Of a stretch of 64,000 bases of DNA, positions 1-9,077 are shown one piece after another. The stretch's first letter is position 1; every line of letters starts with the position of its first letter. The stretch is from Candidatus Bilamarchaeaceae archaeon (GTDB lineage: Archaea > Micrarchaeota > Micrarchaeia > Anstonellales > Bilamarchaeaceae), in the NCBI GenBank assembly GCA_038870635.1, contig JAVZJR010000001.1, positions 106,797 through 170,796 on the forward strand. The letters are read 5' to 3'. A model generated the notes under the pieces. The model was given only the letters and a program-made list of their open reading frames with translations, made no database searches and was not told the origin of the DNA. The translations under genes and the position numbers were made by a program.

Positions 1-1
1 T

Positions 2-121
2 TTTGATGTCACTTCTGCAAAATACATCAATGGTTATATAACAGAAGTTGGTGTAATCCCACCTCAATCTTTTTTTGCGCTAGCAACTGAAAAGTTAGGA
101 TTGAAAATATTTGGAAGGTGA
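2..121 (+). CDS. 3' end of ribose-1,5-bisphosphate isomerase (eIF-2B-like family), partial
   Basis: Manual translation FDVTSAKYINGYITEVGVIPPQSFF...GR* matches the FDVTP..I..IITE.G C-terminal motif; directly upstream of AMP phosphorylase. Confidence 0.8.
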   Translation, partial: FDVTSAKYINGYITEVGVIPPQSFFALATEKLGLKIFGR

Positions 122-126
122 GAAAG

Positions 127-1743
127 ATGGTAAATAAAAATAATGAAAATATAAATAACGATAAAAAGAAAAACGACAATAACAAAATTTTTGTAGAAAA
201 AGAAACAACGAAAGTAGATGTTTGGAGAATAAAGAAATATGTGTGTAAAGTAAAACCAATAGGAATTTATACAGGTAAAAACATAATAGTGCTAAACAAA
301 ACGCAAGCAATGGGACACGATATATACGAAGGCTATCGAACAATATTGAAAAAAAATAGCACAGAAATAGTAGCAATAGTAGACGTTAGCGATGAGATAG
401 TAAAACACGGAGAGGTTGGTGTTTATTCCGATATCGCAAAGGAATTTGGACTTAAAGAAGGTGACACAGTAGAAATAGTGCACATGGACCAACCTGATTC
501 AATAGCATACATAAAAAAGAAATTAAATAAGGGAACGCTTAGTGAGCATGAAATAAAAACAATAGTAAACGAAATAATGCGAAACGAATTAAGCGAAATA
601 GAAGTGTCGGCTTGGATAACGGCTGCTTACATCAATGGTTTTTCAGATGATGAGATAGTAGCACTAACTAATGCAACAGTGGAATCTGGAGAACGTTTGG
701 AACTCGGAAAAAAACCAGTTGTAGATAAACATTGTATAGGAGGAGTTGCTGGAAACAGAACTACCATGATAGTAACTCCAATAATAGCTGCCGCTGGTCT
801 TTATATACCTAAAACATCTTCACGAGCGATAACATCCGCGGCTGGGACTGCAGACACAATGGAAGTTCTTTGCAATGTAACATTCAATATCCATGAGTTG
901 AAAGAAATCGTACTAAAAACACATGGTGCGATGGTATGGGGCGGCGGAATGAAACTTGCCCCTGTGGATGATAAACTCATAAGAATCAGACACCCATTAA
1001 GCTTGGATCCAGAGGGAATGTTATTGGCGAGCATACTCGCGAAGAAGAAAGCAGTGGGCGCAGAATATGTTATAGTTGATATTCCAGTCGGACGCGGTGT
1101 TAAAGTACCATACTACGAAAAAGGACAAGAATTAGCTAAACATTTCCTTAGAATAGGAAATCAACTTAACATGAAATTAGAGGTTCTGATAACGGATGGT
1201 GCTGAACCTATAGGACAAGGTATCGGACCTGCATTAGAATGTATAGATGTTCTAAAAGTTTTATCTGGCGAAGGCCCAGAAGATCTTAAACACAAATCCC
1301 TTTTAATGGCTGGAAAATTGCTTGAGTTAACTGGTAAAGTAGGAAAAGATGAAGGTTACAAAGCAGCTGAAGAAATTCTACTTTCTGGGAAAGCGCTTAG
1401 GAAATTCTTAGAAATAGTAGAAGCGCAAGGCGGAAACCCAAACGTAAAGATAACAGATATCCCTGTTGGTCAGTATACTTATACTGTAAAGGCTCAAACA
1501 AAAGGGACTATTTACCATATTGATAACCACACAATAGCAAAAATAGCAAGAATAGCAGGCGCACCCCGTTCGAAAGGTGCTGGCGTTTTACTTCATAAAG
1601 CACGAGGTGATAGAATAGTCCCTGGCGATCCATTATTCACGATATATGCTGAAAGCGAGCAATCTTTAGATTATGCAATAAAGGCACTTGAAAAAATAGA
1701 ACCAATAGAACTCAGAAAGATGCTTCTTGGCACAATGATGTAA
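127..1743 (+). CDS. AMP phosphorylase (archaeal thymidine phosphorylase family)
   Basis: DKHCIGGVAGNRTT, KTSSRAITSAAGTADTMEVL and SILAKK motifs; ATG at 127. Confidence 0.95.
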   Translation: MVNKNNENINNDKKKNDNNKIFVEKETTKVDVWRIKKYVCKVKPIGIYTGKNIIVLNKTQAMGHDIYEGYRTILKKNSTEIVAIVDVSDEIVKHGEVGVYSDIAKEFGLKEGDTVEIVHMDQPDSIAYIKKKLNKGTLSEHEIKTIVNEIMRNELSEIEVSAWITAAYINGFSDDEIVALTNATVESGERLELGKKPVVDKHCIGGVAGNRTTMIVTPIIAAAGLYIPKTSSRAITSAAGTADTMEVLCNVTFNIHELKEIVLKTHGAMVWGGGMKLAPVDDKLIRIRHPLSLDPEGMLLASILAKKKAVGAEYVIVDIPVGRGVKVPYYEKGQELAKHFLRIGNQLNMKLEVLITDGAEPIGQGIGPALECIDVLKVLSGEGPEDLKHKSLLMAGKLLELTGKVGKDEGYKAAEEILLSGKALRKFLEIVEAQGGNPNVKITDIPVGQYTYTVKAQTKGTIYHIDNHTIAKIARIAGAPRSKGAGVLLHKARGDRIVPGDPLFTIYAESEQSLDYAIKALEKIEPIELRKMLLGTMM

Positions 1744-1745
1744 AG

Positions 1746-1752
1746 TTTAAAA
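1746..1752 (+). promoter_or_regulatory. TATA box for tRNA-Tyr
   Basis: TTTAAAA about 30 nt upstream of the tRNA 5' end. Confidence 0.55.
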
Positions 1753-1780
1753 AGAGTTGTAATAGTAATTTTCATACTAA

Positions 1781-1909
1781 CCCGACGTAGCTCAAAGTGG
1801 CGTATGCCCGAGCAATGGTAGAGCGATCGGCTGTAGTTTGTTTTCTCCATATGGAGAGATAGGTCGCTCAGAAACCGATAGGTTCCTGGTTCAAGTCCGG
1901 GCGTCGGGA
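1781..1909 (+). tRNA. tRNA-Tyr(GTA) with two introns (15/16: 1796-1815; 37/38: 1837-1873)
   Basis: Acceptor CCCGACG/CGTCGGG, D stem GCTC/GAGC, anticodon stem ATCGG/CCGAT with CT-GTA-G, T arm CCTGG-TTCAAGT-CCGGG; followed by a T run. Confidence 0.92.
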
Positions 1910-1935
1910 TTTTTTTACTTTTAAGAAGTGGTATT

Positions 1936-2958
1936 TTGAAAATAAAGAAAATATTAGCAACACTTATTTTTCTATTCCTTTTAGTACTCACTCTCTTATA
2001 TCTAGAACAAAAACAAGAAAATGAAAAACCACAAGAAAATTGCGGCAATCTAAGTATTTACATAATAAATGTAAGCCAAGCAGATTCTATTTTAATAATC
2101 ACACCGCAAAACAAAACAATACTAATAGATTCGGGCTCTTCTATAACTAAAAACTCAAGCAAAGCAGTAGTGGAATTTTTAAAAGCGCGAGGTGTAAAAA
2201 CAGTGGATATTTTTATAGCAACACATTATCACGAAGACCACATAGGAGGGGTACCGCTGATTTTCAAAAATTTTGAAGTTAAACAAGTATATGACAATGG
2301 AAATTGCGGCAATTATAGTAGCGAAAGTCAGAGAAAGTATGTGGAATACACAAAGCTAATCAATCGAAAAATTGTCTCAAAAAACGAACAATTGAATATT
2401 GATAATTGTATTAACAGCAGTATAATCGTGCCCTACGCAACTATGGGTTGCCAACCTAGCCATAAGGATACTAAACTAGAAAATGAAAATTCAATAGTGG
2501 TTTATATAAAATACAAAAATACCTCTTTCTTACTTGCTGGCGACTGTGAACAAAAATGCGAAACGGAATTAGTAAAGAGGTACAACATATCAGCAAATTT
2601 ATTGAAAATAAATCATCATGGAAGCGATACTTCTTCTACTAAAGAGTTTTTGAGTATGGCAAATGCGACTTATTTTGTTATTTCCACTAATAAAGACAGG
2701 AGTGCAGAGTTAAATTACTACCATCCTCGTGCAGCGATGCTTAGCAGAATCTACATTCACGGAGCACGCCTTGGTACTTTCTTCCGCACTGATCTGAACG
2801 GAAATATAGCTATAACATCAGATGGAACAAAGATAAATGTAGAAGCAGACTATCTTGTAGATGAATGCGAACTTTTTAGTGGTTATTACTCAAATAACTT
2901 CTACTCTTACAAGCCAATAGAAGAGTTGAAACAAAAATGCGCAAACAATTTAAACTGA
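1936..2958 (+). CDS. Membrane-anchored ComEC/Rec2-like metallo-beta-lactamase-fold hydrolase
   Basis: N-terminal TM helix; NVSQADS, LIDSG, THYHEDHIGG, NENSIV, LLAGD, INHHGS and FRTDLNGNI motifs. Confidence 0.85.
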   Translation: MKIKKILATLIFLFLLVLTLLYLEQKQENEKPQENCGNLSIYIINVSQADSILIITPQNKTILIDSGSSITKNSSKAVVEFLKARGVKTVDIFIATHYHEDHIGGVPLIFKNFEVKQVYDNGNCGNYSSESQRKYVEYTKLINRKIVSKNEQLNIDNCINSSIIVPYATMGCQPSHKDTKLENENSIVVYIKYKNTSFLLAGDCEQKCETELVKRYNISANLLKINHHGSDTSSTKEFLSMANATYFVISTNKDRSAELNYYHPRAAMLSRIYIHGARLGTFFRTDLNGNIAITSDGTKINVEADYLVDECELFSGYYSNNFYSYKPIEELKQKCANNLN

Positions 2959-2967
2959 ATAAGAGAA

Positions 2968-4698
2968 ATGAGGAATATGCTTTTTGAGGATGTTGTAAAA
3001 GTATTTGACAAAGTTGAAGAAAAAAGCGGCCGCATCGAGATGACTAACATTCTTGCAGAACTATTTAACAAAGCAACTTCTGCGGAAATAGAGAAAATAG
3101 TCTATTTTGTGCAAGGCATTGTTGCACCACCTTACGAGGGAGTAGAGTTAGGGATGGGGGAGAGGTTTGCTATTGCTGCAATAGCAAGTGCCACAGGCTA
3201 CTCTGCCCAGGAAGTTGATGAGAATTATAAAAAAACAGGCGACCTTGGCATAACAGCAGAAAATTTTCTCAAAAAAAAGAAACAGCGTTCTCTTTTTGCA
3301 AATCCGATTGATGTAATCCACCTTCATGAATCATTGGTAAGAATAGCAAAAGCAAGTGGACCAGGAAGCACAGAACTTAAGAAAAAATATTTAGTCGAAC
3401 TGCTAAACAACGCAACTCCTCTCGAAGCGAGATACATCGTGCGTTTTGTTCTTGGAAGATTACGTCTTGGTGTTGGTGACCCAACCATCCTAGATGCACT
3501 TTCAGTTGCAAAATTTGGTGACAAATCCTGGCGAGAAAAATTAGAAAGAGCATACAATGTCTGCGCAGATATGGGTTATGTAGCAAAACTTTTTTATGAA
3601 AATGAAAAAAATATAGATAAGTTTAAAGTGCAACCATTCAAACCTCTTATGCCTGCACTTGCAGAAAGGCTAAGCACCGCCGAAGAAATAATAGAGAAGA
3701 TAGGTGTATGTGCGGTAGAAGGAAAATACGACGGTTTTCGTTTGCAAGTTCACAAAAAAGGGAATGAAGTTGAGCTTTACTCACGTAGGTTAGACAAGAT
3801 GACAAAAATGTTTCCTGAAATTGTAGATGCGGTGAAAAGATTACCAGTAGATAGTATAATATTTGAAGGTGAAGCGCTTGCTTATAATGCCAAAGAGCGT
3901 AAATATTATTCCTTCCAGCAAACAATGCAAAGAAAAAGAAAACATAGAATAAGTGAAAAAGCAGAAGAACTGCCGCTGAATTTATTTTGTTTTGATATCC
4001 TTTATGTTAATGAAAAAGATTACACACAAGAACCATATAAAGTAAGAAGAAAAAAATTAGAAGAGGTGTTTAGAGAAAATGAAGTTCTTAAAGCAAGTGA
4101 GCAGCACATCGTCAAAACAGCAAAAGAATTACAAAAGTTATTTAAGGAAGCAATCGAGCGCGGTCTTGAAGGAGTGATGGCAAAAGACCTTGAAGCACCA
4201 TATACAGCAGGAAAAAGAAAATTTGCATGGATAAAACTGAAAAAATCATATGGTCAAGCAGTAGATACAATAGATGGTATTATTGTTGGTTATTATTTAG
4301 GAAAAGGCTCAAGGGCACAATTTGAATTCGGTGGTCTTTTGGTCGCAGTGTATAACTCAGATAATGGAAGATTAGAAACGGTTGCTAAAATTGGTTCTGG
4401 TTTTAGCGAAGAAGAAATGGTTATGCTAAAGGAAATGTTAGACAAGATAAAAAGAACTGCGCCCCCTGCAAATGTTAGTTACAAAATAGAACCTGATTTT
4501 TGGGTAGAGCCAAAATATGTAATAGAAGTTGCATTTGACGACATTACACTTTCACCAGTCCATACTTGTGGATTACGTGGTGATAAGGGATATGCTCTTC
4601 GTTTTCCACGAATGATTCGCTTAAGAGAAGACAAAGGAATAAATGAAGCGACAACAACAGACGAAGTAAAGGAAATGTATGAAAAACAAAAAAAATAA
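2968..4698 (+). CDS. lig: ATP-dependent DNA ligase
   Basis: EGKYDGFR active-site motif, EGVMAK, WIKLK, ALRFPR. Confidence 0.97.
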   Translation: MRNMLFEDVVKVFDKVEEKSGRIEMTNILAELFNKATSAEIEKIVYFVQGIVAPPYEGVELGMGERFAIAAIASATGYSAQEVDENYKKTGDLGITAENFLKKKKQRSLFANPIDVIHLHESLVRIAKASGPGSTELKKKYLVELLNNATPLEARYIVRFVLGRLRLGVGDPTILDALSVAKFGDKSWREKLERAYNVCADMGYVAKLFYENEKNIDKFKVQPFKPLMPALAERLSTAEEIIEKIGVCAVEGKYDGFRLQVHKKGNEVELYSRRLDKMTKMFPEIVDAVKRLPVDSIIFEGEALAYNAKERKYYSFQQTMQRKRKHRISEKAEELPLNLFCFDILYVNEKDYTQEPYKVRRKKLEEVFRENEVLKASEQHIVKTAKELQKLFKEAIERGLEGVMAKDLEAPYTAGKRKFAWIKLKKSYGQAVDTIDGIIVGYYLGKGSRAQFEFGGLLVAVYNSDNGRLETVAKIGSGFSEEEMVMLKEMLDKIKRTAPPANVSYKIEPDFWVEPKYVIEVAFDDITLSPVHTCGLRGDKGYALRFPRMIRLREDKGINEATTTDEVKEMYEKQKK

Positions 4699-7383
4699 TT
4701 ACTTCCTCTCACCATATTTCTCTAAGAATAATTCATAGGTGCGCAGCATTGATGGCGTAATTGAGGGCCTACGAACAGATATTATAGCCAAAAGATCATC
4801 TGTTGTTATTTTTGGCTTTGCAACACCTTCTAATTTCTTTCTAAGAGCCTGCATCTTTGCGCTTTGGCATATCGAAGCAATGTCTGCACCGCTATAACCA
4901 TCTGTTGCTTTTGCCACTGCATCAAGATTTACCCCCTCTCCATATTCTCCAAGGTGAATCTTGAACATTTCCTTTCTCGTATTTTCGTCGGGCGGCGGAA
5001 TGTAGAATATCTTATCGAATCTGCCTGGCCTTAACAACGCTTTATCTATTAAATCTGGCATGTTTGTCGCAGCGATTACTACCACTCCTTTAAGTTCTTT
5101 TATCCCATCCATCTCTGTCAAGAATTGACCAACGACATCAGAAGTAGCGCCTATTCCTCTTGCAGGTGCAAAGGTCTCTATTTCATCAATGAAAAGTATC
5201 GATGGAGCGTTCTCACGAGCACGATTAAATGCTTCTTTTATAATAGAAGTTGCTTTATAAAAGCCCTCTTTGCTTAAATCCGCACCGCTTAATGTTTGGA
5301 AAGAAACATGCAATTCATTTGCTGCAGCCTTTACTAGAAGGGTTTTACCAGTACCTGGCGGCCCGAAAAGAAGAATACCCTTACTCGGCTTTATCTTAAA
5401 TTCTTTCATTAAATCTTCCCTAAGAAGTGGAAGCTCTATTGCTTCTAAAAGTGCCCTTTTAACCTCTTCCATACCGGCAACATCTTTCCAACTAACCTCT
5501 TTTTCCTCAACTTCTTCAACTTTTGTTATTGCACTTCTTTCGAAATCCATTCTAAACTTTTCGTATTCATCTAATTGCTCAAAAGTAGTGCTCGGCTTTA
5601 TCTTCTTAAGAAGCAAGAGGAAGTGTTCCATTGTAATAGGTACCACTTTACCTGCCATTTCAGCTTCTTTTGCAGCCAATCTTTTAGCTTCAGTTACTAA
5701 ATTTTTGAGGTCAGCACCTGAGAATCTATCTGTTTTTTTTGCAAGAATATCAAAATCAATATCAGGAGATAAAGGAATTTTTCGTGTGAGTTTTTTCAGT
5801 ATATCTTTTCTTGCTGCTAAGTCTGGTAGGTGCATGTATATTATTTTGTCAAATCTACCAGGTCGCAGAAGAGCAGGGTCAAGTTGATTTGGAATATTTG
5901 TAGTTCCAACAACAATAAGATTTGCTTTTGTCTTTACTGCGCCGTCCATTTCTTGAAGCATAGTGCTGAGAATACGTGGGGTAACTTCATCAGTACCTCC
6001 TTTTTGTCTCTTTTTTCCGATGACATCTATCTCATCAAAGAAAAGTATCGCAGGGGCCATTTTCCTCGCTTTTTCAAAAACCTCAACAACATTCTTTTCA
6101 GATTCGCCATACCATTCACTCATAATGTTAGCGCATTTTACTTCAATAAAGTTGTATTTCAATTCTTTTGCAAGTGCCCTCATAAGCATTGTTTTACCTG
6201 TACCTGGAGGACCAAAAAGAAGAATTCCTGAAGGCGGTTTTATACCATAAGCAAGAGCAATTTCTTTTTTCTCAAGAGGAGTTATTATTGCCTCTTTAAG
6301 TTCTTGCTTAACATCTTCATAACCACCAACATCATCCAAAGTTTCCGTACTTGCAGCACCTACATCTTTAAAACCAAACTTATCATAGGCTTTCATTCTA
6401 TCGGCTTTTTCAAGCTCTGCTTCTTTGCTTATCTTAATGCCAAAATGTTCAGCTACTGCTAAGACAACTATTGAAAGTAAAATCAATAAAGTAAAATTAA
6501 TACTCAAACCGCTTGTTCCAGAAACCACTCCTGCAAAATAATAAAAAGGCAACAGCAATAAAAGCAAAAGAGCAGAAATGGTTTGGGAATTTTTTTTCAA
6601 ACGGCCGGAGACGTAGGACATGGCAAATAACACAACAGACCAGCCTGCTATTTGAATAAAACCAGAATCCTTGAAAAGCAATATTACACTTTGACCTAGT
6701 ATAACCAAAAGGCCCTCAAATAACTGAGAGATACTTTCAAAACTAATAAAATTTGAAAAAAGCGCTGGAATTAAATTTAACTCGCTTAACGCAACGGCCG
6801 ACCTACTTATCTTCAACGGATTGTCTGGAGAATAAAGGTTTAGATTTATCGAAAAATAAGCTGTATTTTGTACAAAAAATAAAGAAGACAACAGAAGGAT
6901 AAGAAAAACAGATGGCGCGGCAACTAACACACTCTTTTTTGAACCAAAATAATATGAAGCGCAAGCCATACCTAAAATAGAAAAGAAACCGCCAAAAGGA
7001 AGACCACCAAAGCTAAATGGTGCGAAAATAAGTATTTGCAGAATAGATATTAGTAGTTGGTGTTCGAAAACCTCAAAAGCCACTAAAATTAAAACTAATA
7101 AAAAAACCCAACCCAATGCAAAAGACTGGTAAATAAAAGCAGGTAGAGCCAATATAAAAGAAATAAGAGTTGCTATAGGTGGACTAAAGTAAGATATAAT
7201 AGCGCAAAAAATTGCTAAAAGAAACACAAGAAAAATAGGGTAGAATGGAATGGCGGACAGCATAAGAAGAGTTGCAAGAAACACAAAAATAAAAATAGGA
7301 AATTTCTCATTTTCTCGTACCATCTGTATATAAGCCTTTATTTTATTTGCTTCTAAACTTTGATCTATCTGTTTTAATGCCAT
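4699..7383 (-). CDS. Cdc48/VAT-like tandem AAA+ ATPase with a polytopic N-terminal membrane domain
   Basis: Two GPPGTGKT Walker A motifs, FFDEID/FIDEIE Walker B, two ALLRPGRFD arginine fingers; first ~315 aa strongly hydrophobic. Confidence 0.9.
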   Translation of the reverse strand: MALKQIDQSLEANKIKAYIQMVRENEKFPIFIFVFLATLLMLSAIPFYPIFLVFLLAIFCAIISYFSPPIATLISFILALPAFIYQSFALGWVFLLVLILVAFEVFEHQLLISILQILIFAPFSFGGLPFGGFFSILGMACASYYFGSKKSVLVAAPSVFLILLLSSLFFVQNTAYFSINLNLYSPDNPLKISRSAVALSELNLIPALFSNFISFESISQLFEGLLVILGQSVILLFKDSGFIQIAGWSVVLFAMSYVSGRLKKNSQTISALLLLLLLPFYYFAGVVSGTSGLSINFTLLILLSIVVLAVAEHFGIKISKEAELEKADRMKAYDKFGFKDVGAASTETLDDVGGYEDVKQELKEAIITPLEKKEIALAYGIKPPSGILLFGPPGTGKTMLMRALAKELKYNFIEVKCANIMSEWYGESEKNVVEVFEKARKMAPAILFFDEIDVIGKKRQKGGTDEVTPRILSTMLQEMDGAVKTKANLIVVGTTNIPNQLDPALLRPGRFDKIIYMHLPDLAARKDILKKLTRKIPLSPDIDFDILAKKTDRFSGADLKNLVTEAKRLAAKEAEMAGKVVPITMEHFLLLLKKIKPSTTFEQLDEYEKFRMDFERSAITKVEEVEEKEVSWKDVAGMEEVKRALLEAIELPLLREDLMKEFKIKPSKGILLFGPPGTGKTLLVKAAANELHVSFQTLSGADLSKEGFYKATSIIKEAFNRARENAPSILFIDEIETFAPARGIGATSDVVGQFLTEMDGIKELKGVVVIAATNMPDLIDKALLRPGRFDKIFYIPPPDENTRKEMFKIHLGEYGEGVNLDAVAKATDGYSGADIASICQSAKMQALRKKLEGVAKPKITTDDLLAIISVRRPSITPSMLRTYELFLEKYGERK

Positions 7384-7411
7384 GGATTAAATTCAAACAA
7401 AAAACTTTTAT

Positions 7412-8848
7412 TTAGTACTGCCGAGCAGCATAAACGTAAACAGTTGCTTCTTTTTCACACGCTATGCATTTTTTTCCTTCTGGCTTTTCGTTATTACCGA
7501 AAAGCGTCCCTCTTATATTAGCATGACAGTGCTCTTTTACAATATCAGCGCATTTTTCACCTTCTTTTTGATCAGTACAAAAAGGTACTTTAACAAAACC
7601 AAATTTTTCAAGTTTCTTTTCTAAATCCTCTAACGAATCTGCTGATGATATTTGAGATTTAAACCAATCATCTGCACGTTTAATAAGATTTTTTAAAAGC
7701 TCTTCTCTTATTTTCTCTATTTCAGTTTTGAGATTATCCTCTTTAACTTCAATTTTTTCCTTGGTGTCTCTTCTGAATACAGTAACCACTCCTTTTTCGA
7801 TATCACGTTTTCCAACTTCTAAGCGTACCGGAACCCCTTTCATCTCCCAATAGTTAAACTTTGCTCCTGGCGTTTCCTCACTGCGATCGATTTTAACCGA
7901 GTAATCCTCTTTTAAGCGTTTTTCTAATTCTTCACATTTTTTGAAAACCTCTTCTGCAGTAGCTGCTTTTATTATTGGTACAATTATTATCTGTAAAGGA
8001 GCCAGGTCAAAAGGCAAGACTAAACCTTTCTCATCACCATGTGTTGCAAACACAGCAGCATATATTCTTGAAATCGCCGGCCCATAACAAGTTTGCCAAA
8101 CGTATTGCTCTTTTTCATTTTCGTCCATATACTTTATACCAAAGGCTTTTGAGAAATTTTGGCCAAGCATATGCGTGCTTGGAAGTTGAAGCACTCTCCT
8201 ATCAGGTAAAAGAGTATCTGCTGCATACGTGTCTACTGCACCTGCAAACTTATCCCATTGTGGCCTTTTGAAAAATAAAAAAGGCACCCCAAATTTTTGG
8301 TGTATTATATTCTCTGCCATCTCCATATCTTCTCTTACTTGTGCTTCTGCTTCTTCTTTTGTTGCAAAGCAATCGTGCGCCTCTATCCAATAAAACTCTC
8401 TTGAACGAATAAAAGGTTTTGTTGCTTTTGTTTCATAACGCCATACTTGACAACGCTGGTATATTTTTAGAGGTAAATCTTTTTTCCCATGTATCCAAAG
8501 AGAATACATCGTATACATGGCGGTTTCACTGGTTGGCCTCATCGCAAGTCTTTCATCAAGTGGGTTGTTTCCGGCAGCAGTAACCCAAAAAACTTCTGGT
8601 ACAAACCCTTGAACATGCTCGCTTTCTTTTGTAAAATAACTTTCCGGTATAAGCGCTGGAAAAAGAGCAGGGACATGGCCCCTTTTTTGCAGCTCTTTCT
8701 CGTACATTTCATACATTTTATTCATTGTCATGACTGCCCAAGGAAGAAAAACTACAAAACCTTTTACACCATAACGAATATCGCAAAGTTCTGCTTCTTT
8801 TATTAACTGATTGTACCATTCTGAGAAGTTTGATTTGTCTAATTGCAC
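7412..8848 (-). CDS. proS: Prolyl-tRNA synthetase (archaeal/eukaryotic type)
   Basis: FSEWY, RPTSET, WRYETK..PFIRSREF, C-terminal Zn-binding cysteines and ARQY end. Confidence 0.97.
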   Translation of the reverse strand: MQLDKSNFSEWYNQLIKEAELCDIRYGVKGFVVFLPWAVMTMNKMYEMYEKELQKRGHVPALFPALIPESYFTKESEHVQGFVPEVFWVTAAGNNPLDERLAMRPTSETAMYTMYSLWIHGKKDLPLKIYQRCQVWRYETKATKPFIRSREFYWIEAHDCFATKEEAEAQVREDMEMAENIIHQKFGVPFLFFKRPQWDKFAGAVDTYAADTLLPDRRVLQLPSTHMLGQNFSKAFGIKYMDENEKEQYVWQTCYGPAISRIYAAVFATHGDEKGLVLPFDLAPLQIIIVPIIKAATAEEVFKKCEELEKRLKEDYSVKIDRSEETPGAKFNYWEMKGVPVRLEVGKRDIEKGVVTVFRRDTKEKIEVKEDNLKTEIEKIREELLKNLIKRADDWFKSQISSADSLEDLEKKLEKFGFVKVPFCTDQKEGEKCADIVKEHCHANIRGTLFGNNEKPEGKKCIACEKEATVYVYAARQY

Positions 8849-8921
8849 AATAACACCAAATTGATGTTTATAGAAAGAATTTAAAAATAGTAAAATTTGA
8901 AAAACTTAAAAAAATAAAAAA

Positions 8922-9002
8922 TTATTTCTTCTTTTTTGATTTCTTTTTTGAAGTTTTCTTTTTTGTTGCTTTTGATTTACAACTCTTACAACCACATGCC
9001 AT
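8922..9002 (-). CDS. 26-aa Cys/Lys-rich microprotein MACGCKSCKSKATKKKTSKKKSKKKK
   Basis: Manual translation; GGTGATG RBS just upstream, TATA-like element ~30 nt upstream, T-rich tract after the stop; below the ORF-track cutoff. Confidence 0.6.
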   Translation of the reverse strand: MACGCKSCKSKATKKKTSKKKSKKKK

Positions 9003-9077
9003 TACATCACCAATTAAATACTCACCAACTTATATTTAAATTTTATTCTGTCAAATAAATACAGATAAAGTGAGCAA

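Noticed and set aside
5270..6250. Long antisense ORFs over the AAA ATPase, and similar ones over other genes
   Set aside because: Shadow ORFs opposite well-supported genes, with no motifs or RBS
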